Assembly (NCBI GenBank): GCA_036495225.1
Contig: DASXNG010000054.1
Location: forward strand, 1,633 to 65,632
Direction: 5' to 3'
Source of the DNA: Galbitalea sp.
GTDB taxonomy: Bacteria > Actinomycetota > Actinomycetes > Actinomycetales > Microbacteriaceae
DNA length: 64,000 nt
The translations under genes and the position numbers were made by a program. The notes under the pieces were generated by a model. It did no database searches. It worked only from the letters and a program-made list of their open reading frames with translations, and was not told the origin of the DNA. Numbering within the stretch: the stretch's first letter is position 1; every line of letters begins with the position of its first letter. Below are positions 57,236 to 64,000 of the stretch, in pieces.

Positions 57236-60200
57236 TTAGGGGACGGTCACCGCCGCACTCACGAGGTCCACCGACGCGTGACCGGGGCGGGACGCGTGCA
57301 CAATGAGCTGAATGTGGTCGGCGTGACCGACCTCCGGCAGGTTCGGCGTGTACGTTGAGCCGGCTGCGCCCGAAATGGGTTGCCACATCGGGTTGACCGG
57401 CGTGTTGTACTGCCACTCGAACGTCAGCGTCACCGGATAGTTCCAGGCGCCGTAGCTCGCGGTGAGCAGTTTGCCGAGCCCGACCGTTCCGGTGATCTTG
57501 ACCGGCGTCGCTGGCGCGAGAGGGGCGCCCAGACCTATCGTGACGGGTGCGCTCGCTGCCACTCGCGGGTCGTAGTACGGCTTCTTCGCGGTGACAATAA
57601 CCAGAATGTCGTCACTCAGATCGTTCGCCGTCACCGTGTACTTGGTACCGGTTGCGCCGGGGATGTCGTTGCCTCCGCGGGTCCACTGGTAGGTGAAGGC
57701 GAGCCCGGAGGTCGACCAGATCCCAGGAGTCACCGTCAGGACACTGTCGACTGTCGGGCTCCCGGACACGGTCGGATTGACCGAGTAGCCGAGGCTGGTG
57801 CCCGACTGCTCGACCGCCCCAACCGCCGTGAACTTCGTGGTCGTCCACCCCGACTTGGTGACCGTCACGACCACTGAGATCTTTTTGCCGACATCGGCCG
57901 CGACTGGCGTGTAGTTCTGGGACGTCGCGCCGGAGATGACCACTCCGCTCCGGTACCACTGGTACGTCACGGTCGGAGAGACCACCGAGAAGAACGTCCA
58001 GCCTGCCGTGAGCTGCTGGCCGGTTGTCGGGGTGCCGCTCACGTTCACGGGAGTGAGGGCCGTGATGGCGCCCCCTCCGCGCGCCGTGACCGTCGCGCTC
58101 GAGTCGGCGTACCCGGTCTTCTTGACCGTCACCGTGACGGCGATCTCGTAGCCCGCGTCCGCAATTGTCGGCGTGTACGTGGGAGAGTCACCGCCGATGG
58201 GGTCGGCCACCCCACCCGGCGAGACATGATGCCACGCGTAGTGAACCTCGGTTGGCATCGGACTCCAGGTGCCAGGCGACACAGAAAGCACGGTGCCGAC
58301 CGCCGTCACGGCCGGAGCTTTGGTCATCGCGAACTGACCCGAACCAGACTGGCCGGGATCCGCGATGAAAACCGTCCCCGGCAGATAGCCGGTCCTGGAC
58401 GCCGTGATCTGCACGCCGACGTACCAGGTGGCCATGGCAGCAACCGGAACAACGAAGGTGGAGGATGTCGCGCCACCAACGGTCGTCCAGTTCGAGCCAT
58501 CCGGTGACGTCTTCCACTGGTAGCCGAAGGTGACGCCAGGGATGCTCCACGTTCCCGGGTGCGCGGTCAGCTTGCTTCCGACCACGTTCGCCCCGCCGAT
58601 GCTGGGAGCCTGCGCGCCCGAACCCGCGACCGGTGCCGACCCGTTCGTGATGGTGAGGCTATTCGAGATCACGGACGCCGAGTTGTAGTTCACGTGGCTT
58701 GCTGTCTCGACCAGGCGGATGTGCTTTGCGAAGTAAGCCGCGGTGGGCGCCCAGGTCGGAGAACTCGCACCGGGGATGCCGAGCCAGCTCGTGCCCGATT
58801 GGTACTGCCACGCGTACGTGAGCGTCGAGTTGGCGATGCTCCAGCTGATCGGGCTCGCGGTTGTCGCGACTCCCACAGTTCCACCGGTGACGGTCAGGGT
58901 GCTGGCGGTCGTTTCACCACCCTTGCGAGCGAGGATGATCGGCCCAAACGTCTGCTGATAACCACCCACGGCGTTGGCCACCGCCTGCACTCCAATGTGC
59001 GCGTGCAGGTGCGAGCCGAATGGGAAGGTTGGGCTTACGGTAGCTGGCCCCGGCGAGTCATTCAGATCGTAGACGAACCAGTTGTAGGTGACCGGAGCGG
59101 CAGGTGAAAACGTTGCGCCTGATGCACTCAGTGTTGTCCCGCTGACCGTGACCTTCGGTGCACTCACCGGGTCCCGATATCCGGGAGTCACCGGTCCACT
59201 CGCGGCGACGGTCGCGGTCACCGTCGCGTGTCCGGCGAGATGAGCCGTGACATCCACTGCGATCTTCTTGCCCAGCAGGCTTTGTGGAATCCTGTACGTC
59301 GACCCCGTGCTGGTGCCCGGCGCCTTGGTGAACGGAGCCAGACCCGTCGCGCTGTACTTCCACTGGTAGGTGAAGCTTGTCGGCGATGGCGTCCATGTGC
59401 CGGTGTTCGCGCTAAGGACAAGCGCGGTGCCGGGGGTACCGGAGATGCTCGGCGCAACGCTGACCGCCATGGGCGCGGCGACGACCGGGGTCGGCTCCGC
59501 GAACATCAGCGTCTTCGTCGCGTAGCCGGTCTTGCTGGCCCTAACTGTGAGCCGAAGCATGTGTCCGATATCCGCGACCGTCGGCGTGTAGTTGCACGTT
59601 GTGCCACCAACGACGGACTTCCAACTGGTGCCTGACTTGTACTGCCACGCGCACGTGGTCGAGGTGGGCGCCGGTGTGAAGCTTGGGACGATCGCGGTGA
59701 GTGGTGACCCGAATACCGGCGTCCCGGTCACGGTCAGCGGAGCGCTCGCGACCGGCGCGGCGCCCAGCTGCACGGTGATGCGTGGGGCGAAGTATGGCGT
59801 GTATCCGTCGTTCTCACGGAAGACCTCGACCGTGACGTACTTACCCGATGTCCCAGCACGGGGGAGGGATGCGTTGTCGCTGTGCGGGGTCGCTGGGACG
59901 CCATCCACTTCCCACAGGTACTTTGTCGAACCAACATTGGGAGACCAGCTGGCAGCCGACGCGGTCCAGGTCGTCGAGCTGGTGGATACGGTTGGCGCCG
60001 TCACCAGCTTGAAGACACCCGGCTGCACGCCATCCGGCGGGGAGTCGTACACGAAGGTCGTGTAGCCGAAGTGCGACGCCGTCACCTCGATACGGATGTA
60101 CGGTCCGTTGGCAAGATCGTCGGCCGTTTCCGTGTGTGTCGGTCCAGTGGCACCGGGGATGTTCGTCCAGGTGTTTCCGTCTGGACTCGTCTGCCACTGC

Positions 60201-60590
60201 AGCGATTCCGTGACTCCTGAGACGTTCCAGCCTGTCGAGGCGTACTTCAGGGTGCGACCCACCTGGCTCGTGCCCGCCAGGTAGCCTCCGCCAGAGTTGG
60301 CGTAGAGGGTGCCAGCGGTGATCGGACCGATCGCCGCCGAGTCCGAGCTTCCAGAGCCGTAGGTGAAGTCATATGCCGTCGTCCTCGCGGAGATCATCGT
60401 TCCGTAGTCATTGGCCTGCAGAATGTATGTCTGGTGCGTAGCGCCGGGGATCGGCACCCCGTTGCGCAACCACTGGAACGTCTCCTTTGCCGGATCGACG
60501 TCATCGGCATTCCAATCGCCGTGGGGGATTATCACCTGGTAACCGACCTCGACTCCGTAGTTCGAGATGAGGGTCGGCGTGACGGTCTGC
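57236..60590 (-). repeat. 12 tandem protein-level repeats of about 85-95 aa (C-terminal module of protein B)
   Basis: Example units: GQQLTAGWTFFSVVSPTVTYQWYRSGVVISGATSQNYTPVAADVGKKISVVVTVTKSGW and DSVLTVTPGIWSTSGLAFTYQWTRGGNDIPGATGTKYTVTANDLSDDILVIVTAKK. Confidence 0.75.
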
Positions 60591-61999
60591 AGCCCGCCGA
60601 CAGGTTTCTTGTCGAGGGCGATTTGGGTGGTAAGCGGCGGATCCGTCTTGTAGGACACGTTGTACGACCCGCCCACGAGTTTGCGCTGCCACACGTTCAC
60701 TGCGGGGTCGGTGCTGGTGTTCGAGCCCGCGGCCACCTGATAGAAGCCGCTGGCGAGGCCGGGGAACGAGAAGTTGCCCTGCGCATCGGTCGTCGTCGTA
60801 ACCGCGCCATTGCTGGGCTGATCCGTGAGCGCCCCATCGTGATCGAGCGTGACGGGGATGTTGGGAATGCCGACGATCGTCGGAAGCTGACTGTTGTCCA
60901 CGACCTGGCCGGTAAGCGCGTCGCCCGGGTACAACTCGACATCCGCGTGCTGCAGCGTCGTGCCAGCAGTCACCAGGAACGGAGTGTCGAGCGTGCCGTC
61001 GTTGTGGTTCCCGAGGAACTCGCGACCGTAGATGGTGTTCGACGCAGGCAAGGGGGCAGTCGTGCGCGGCGCAAACTCGAGCGTGTAGTAGCCCGGCGCG
61101 AGCCCCGTGAGCGAATACGTGCCATCCGTCTTCGTGAGAGTGGACCGGAGTCCGAGTGACGAGTGCCCGGTGAAGCTGGGGTAAGGGCCTTCGAGGCGAT
61201 AGGGCGTCACGACCACACCGGCCAGGTTCTCGACCGTCGATCCGGAGTTACCGGTCACGGTGCCGGAAATCGCACCTGCCTTGCCGAGCGTGAACGAGTA
61301 TGCCGTGGTCTTTCCTGCGATCACCTCGAGAGCGGATGCCGCATCCAGGCTCGTCGCCCCGCCGGAGTACCCGGGACCGTAGGCCGCCGCGCCGGAGGCG
61401 AGCAGCACCTGAAGCTGGTATGACCCCGGCTCGAGTCCGGTGATCGAGTACGAGCCCGTCAAACTCGTCACGGCACTGCGCACCGGGGTTTGGTCGCTGC
61501 CGTTCGCGTAGGCGCGCACGGTGTAGCCCTGGAGGGCGACGTGCGTGGTTGTCTTGACCGAACCGGAGATCGTGCCTGACGCGAGCAGTGCCGCATTGAT
61601 GGTGTGATGGTCGGTCGCACTGACATCAAAACTCTTGGCGCTCGCGCCGTCCGAAGTGTCGCCAAGGTATTGCGTGTACGTCGTCGCTGACGCACCGAAC
61701 CGCAGCGTGTACGTGCCGTTCGCGAGTGTGCTGAAGGCGTAGCTGCCAGTTGTGCTCGTCGTCGTCGCGGCGATCGCGGGCGAAGAGTCGACGGGAAAGG
61801 TGACGACGGCAACGCTGAGTCCGGCGATGGCGTTGCCAGTCGGGCCCGTCACGGTGCCGACGAGTTGTGGCGATGCCGCCTCTGCGGACAGCGGCACCAA
61901 CGCGGTTGCGACGATGGCGAGTACGGCGGCAAGGCATCCCAGGATCCAAAGGCGTGCAGCCCTTTGGTGCGCAGTGGAGGGACGTCGGGTCGCGGGCAT
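57236..61999 (-). CDS. giant secreted repeat protein B (1587 aa): 4 CarboxypepD_reg/Cna-B-like repeats followed by 12 Ig-like W-YxW-GAT repeats
   Basis: Sec-type signal MPATRRPSTAHQRAARLWILGCLAAVLAIVATALVPLSAEA|AS. Same two-module architecture as protein A. No LPXTG and no C-terminal TM. Confidence 0.88.
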   Translation of the reverse strand: MPATRRPSTAHQRAARLWILGCLAAVLAIVATALVPLSAEAASPQLVGTVTGPTGNAIAGLSVAVVTFPVDSSPAIAATTTSTTGSYAFSTLANGTYTLRFGASATTYTQYLGDTSDGASAKSFDVSATDHHTINAALLASGTISGSVKTTTHVALQGYTVRAYANGSDQTPVRSAVTSLTGSYSITGLEPGSYQLQVLLASGAAAYGPGYSGGATSLDAASALEVIAGKTTAYSFTLGKAGAISGTVTGNSGSTVENLAGVVVTPYRLEGPYPSFTGHSSLGLRSTLTKTDGTYSLTGLAPGYYTLEFAPRTTAPLPASNTIYGREFLGNHNDGTLDTPFLVTAGTTLQHADVELYPGDALTGQVVDNSQLPTIVGIPNIPVTLDHDGALTDQPSNGAVTTTTDAQGNFSFPGLASGFYQVAAGSNTSTDPAVNVWQRKLVGGSYNVSYKTDPPLTTQIALDKKPVGGLQTVTPTLISNYGVEVGYQVIIPHGDWNADDVDPAKETFQWLRNGVPIPGATHQTYILQANDYGTMISARTTAYDFTYGSGSSDSAAIGPITAGTLYANSGGGYLAGTSQVGRTLKYASTGWNVSGVTESLQWQTSPDGNTWTNIPGATGPTHTETADDLANGPYIRIEVTASHFGYTTFVYDSPPDGVQPGVFKLVTAPTVSTSSTTWTASAASWSPNVGSTKYLWEVDGVPATPHSDNASLPRAGTSGKYVTVEVFRENDGYTPYFAPRITVQLGAAPVASAPLTVTGTPVFGSPLTAIVPSFTPAPTSTTCAWQYKSGTSWKSVVGGTTCNYTPTVADIGHMLRLTVRASKTGYATKTLMFAEPTPVVAAPMAVSVAPSISGTPGTALVLSANTGTWTPSPTSFTYQWKYSATGLAPFTKAPGTSTGSTYRIPQSLLGKKIAVDVTAHLAGHATVTATVAASGPVTPGYRDPVSAPKVTVSGTTLSASGATFSPAAPVTYNWFVYDLNDSPGPATVSPTFPFGSHLHAHIGVQAVANAVGGYQQTFGPIILARKGGETTASTLTVTGGTVGVATTASPISWSIANSTLTYAWQYQSGTSWLGIPGASSPTWAPTAAYFAKHIRLVETASHVNYNSASVISNSLTITNGSAPVAGSGAQAPSIGGANVVGSKLTAHPGTWSIPGVTFGYQWKTSPDGSNWTTVGGATSSTFVVPVAAMATWYVGVQITASRTGYLPGTVFIADPGQSGSGQFAMTKAPAVTAVGTVLSVSPGTWSPMPTEVHYAWHHVSPGGVADPIGGDSPTYTPTIADAGYEIAVTVTVKKTGYADSSATVTARGGGAITALTPVNVSGTPTTGQQLTAGWTFFSVVSPTVTYQWYRSGVVISGATSQNYTPVAADVGKKISVVVTVTKSGWTTTKFTAVGAVEQSGTSLGYSVNPTVSGSPTVDSVLTVTPGIWSTSGLAFTYQWTRGGNDIPGATGTKYTVTANDLSDDILVIVTAKKPYYDPRVAASAPVTIGLGAPLAPATPVKITGTVGLGKLLTASYGAWNYPVTLTFEWQYNTPVNPMWQPISGAAGSTYTPNLPEVGHADHIQLIVHASRPGHASVDLVSAAVTVP

Positions 62000-62097
62000 A
62001 GTTCTCCTCGTTCGGGTCGTGAGGATACCTAGTTTGGCGCGCGCGCCGTGTGCGCCGCTATGGGTAGTGACTACCTAGATCGGTGGGTGACCGCGGG

Positions 62098-63999
62098 TTA
62101 CTCAAGGCCGCGACGCTTCAAGAGCGGGTCAATTTCCGCGTCCCGGCCGCGGAAGTCGCGGAACGCCACCAACGGGTCCTTCGAACCGCCAACCCCGAGC
62201 AGGCGCTCGCGAAAGCGATCGCCGTTCGCGCGCGTCATCCCGCCGTTCTCTTTGAACCATTCGACCGTGTCCGCGTCGAGAACCTCGCTCCAGATGTACG
62301 AATAGTAACCGGCGTCATAGCCGCCGGAGAAGGTGTGCGCGAAGTACGAGCTGTAGTAGCGAGAAGGCACGACCGGGTTGTCGAGACCGAAGCTTGCGAT
62401 CGCGTCCGTCTCGAATTTCTCGACATCGGTGATCGTGTCATCCGGTCCCATGCGATGCCAGGCCTGGTCGAGCAGGGCAGCCGTCAGGTACTCGCTCGTG
62501 GCGAAGCCCTCATTGAACGAGGATGAGGCTTGCAGCTTGTCGACGAACTCCTGCGGCATTGGCTCGCCGGTCTCGTGGTGGACGGCGTAGTTCGCGAGAA
62601 CCTCCGGCCACAGCATCCACATCTCGTTGACCTGGCTCGGGAACTCCACGAAGTCCCGGAAGACGTTCGTGCCAGCGAACTTCGGGTAGGTGACGTGTGC
62701 GAACAACCCGTGCAGGGCGTGCCCGAACTCGTGGAAAAGTGTCTCGACCTGGTCGTAGGTGAGCAGCGTGGGCGACCCGGCTGCAGGCTTCGGCACGTTG
62801 TGGTTGTTGACGACGACCGTCGGGCTGCCGAGCAGGGTGTTCTGCGAGATCAGTGGATTCATCCATGCGCCGCCGCGCTTCGAGTCGCGCGTATAGAGGT
62901 CATAGAGGAAGAGGCCGACGGGTGAGCCATCCTCGTTCGAGACTTCGAAGATCCGAACATCCGGGTGGTAGCCGACGAGGTCTTTGCGCTCCTTGAAGGT
63001 GACGCCATAAACCTTGGTCGCAGCGAAGAAGACGCCGTCGTGGAGCACGCGCTCCGCCTCAAAGTACGGGCGCATCTCCGACGTGTCGACGTCGTACTTC
63101 GCCTTGCGCACCTTCTCGGTATAGAAGGCCCAGTCCCAGCTCTTCAACTCGAAGGCGTCGCCGATGATGTCCTGCAGGTCCTTCTGTTCAGCCTTCGCGT
63201 TGCGCGCTGCCGGGGGAGCGAGGCGCTTCAGCATCGCGTCGACTGCCTCGGGAGTGCGGGCCGTCTCATCTGATGTGACGACCGCTGCGTGGTCGGGGAA
63301 CCCGAGCAACGCCGCCCGTTGCGCGCGAATCTTCGTGATCTCGAGCACGAGCTCCCGGTTGTCGTATTCGCCGCCGCGGGCTCCGCGCGCTCGCGACGCG
63401 GTCATGATGCGCTCGCGGACATCCCGATTCGTCAGGGCATCGAGGTACGGATGCCCCGTGTACAGCACGAGCGTGACGAGGTATTTGCCGTCAAGCCCGC
63501 GCTCCTTCGCTGCCTCGGCAGCGGCGGAAAGCTCGCCCTCGCTGAGCCCGTCAAGCTCTTTCACATCGTCGATGACGATTGCGAGGTCGTTGGTATCTGA
63601 GAGCAGGTTCTTCTCAAACCTCGTGCCCAGCGTGGCGAGGGTCTGGTTGTACCCCATGAGCGTCGCCTTGTCCTCGTCGCTGAGGCCCGCGCCGGCGACG
63701 GTGAACTCGGTGTAGTACCGCTCGATCAGGTAGACGGACTCCGCATCGAGCCCGAGGATGTCGCGCCGCTTGTACAGCGACGCGATGCGCGCGTACAGCC
63801 GCGGGTTCAGCCGGATGGCGTCGGAGTGCGCAGCGAGCAGCGGAGCCATGTCTTGTTCGAGCTCGTTCGTATAGTCGTTACTGTCCGCGGACGACTGGTT
63901 GAAGAACGCGTTGGCTACGCGCTCCAGAATCTGGCCGCCACGTTCCAGCGGGATGAGGGTGTTCTCAAACGTCGCCGGGTCGGGGTTCTCCGCGACGGC
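62098..63999 (-). CDS. dcp: M3 family peptidyl-dipeptidase / oligopeptidase (Dcp-like); the N-terminus lies outside the window
   Basis: HEFGHALHG zinc motif. My hand translation upstream of the first ATG (63850-63999) stays open to the window edge (…AVAENPDPATFENTLIPLERGGQILERVANAFFNQ…). Confidence 0.88.
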   Translation of the reverse strand, partial: AVAENPDPATFENTLIPLERGGQILERVANAFFNQSSADSNDYTNELEQDMAPLLAAHSDAIRLNPRLYARIASLYKRRDILGLDAESVYLIERYYTEFTVAGAGLSDEDKATLMGYNQTLATLGTRFEKNLLSDTNDLAIVIDDVKELDGLSEGELSAAAEAAKERGLDGKYLVTLVLYTGHPYLDALTNRDVRERIMTASRARGARGGEYDNRELVLEITKIRAQRAALLGFPDHAAVVTSDETARTPEAVDAMLKRLAPPAARNAKAEQKDLQDIIGDAFELKSWDWAFYTEKVRKAKYDVDTSEMRPYFEAERVLHDGVFFAATKVYGVTFKERKDLVGYHPDVRIFEVSNEDGSPVGLFLYDLYTRDSKRGGAWMNPLISQNTLLGSPTVVVNNHNVPKPAAGSPTLLTYDQVETLFHEFGHALHGLFAHVTYPKFAGTNVFRDFVEFPSQVNEMWMLWPEVLANYAVHHETGEPMPQEFVDKLQASSSFNEGFATSEYLTAALLDQAWHRMGPDDTITDVEKFETDAIASFGLDNPVVPSRYYSSYFAHTFSGGYDAGYYSYIWSEVLDADTVEWFKENGGMTRANGDRFRERLLGVGGSKDPLVAFRDFRGRDAEIDPLLKRRGLE

Positions 64000-64000
64000 A

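Noticed and set aside
50261-61999. Giant ORFs as assembly artefacts of collapsed or expanded tandem repeats
   Set aside because: The repeat units are conserved only at the motif level and are clearly divergent at the DNA level. Both frames are uninterrupted for 4.8-5.8 kb, and the two genes have distinct unit counts and signal peptides.

Overview
GC-rich actinobacterial chromosome segment. The tig / clpP1-clpP2 / clpX synteny, mycobacterial-type leucine-catabolism genes and RHH-Doc modules suggest Micrococcales or Microbacteriaceae, but that taxonomy is only an inference. It is densely coding core and metabolic DNA. In order: the tail of a histidine-utilisation operon (M20 amidohydrolase, hutF, hutI); a branched-chain keto-acid dehydrogenase operon (bkdABC); a TetR gene divergent from a methylcrotonyl-CoA carboxylase / isovaleryl-CoA dehydrogenase / MaoC hydratase / CitE-like lyase operon; an RHH-Doc toxin-antitoxin pair; trHbO, MscS, an ABC-2 exporter and pepN; small housekeeping genes (rpiB, nei, paiB); a NarL-type two-component system; SDR, NUDIX, VOC and SGNH genes; a second ABC-2 exporter with DUF4097 and RHH proteins; divergent tRNA-Gly and tRNA-Pro; tig, clpP1, clpP2 and clpX with insertions between them; a second RHH-Doc pair; a ROK-regulated sugar ABC plus GH15 plus GH31 locus; an ECF sigma factor with a co-transcribed membrane protein; two giant secreted repeat proteins (1924 and 1587 aa) flanking a luciferase-like monooxygenase; and a partial M3 peptidyl-dipeptidase. 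No rRNA, CRISPR array, transposase or integrase was seen. The most unusual items are: (1) the sigma-linked pair of giant two-module repeat proteins with no recognisable cell-wall anchor; (2) a MITE/REP-like palindromic repeat family (TA-GTTGGTTGAGTAGCGC termini) present at four loci (three short hairpin copies, one long 366-bp copy) plus one solo half-copy beside the long copy, which abuts or supplies stop codons and shows compensatory changes in an inner hairpin; (3) a second shared palindrome family acting as bidirectional terminators at two convergent junctions; (4) a Doc paralog that has lost the Fic catalytic histidine.
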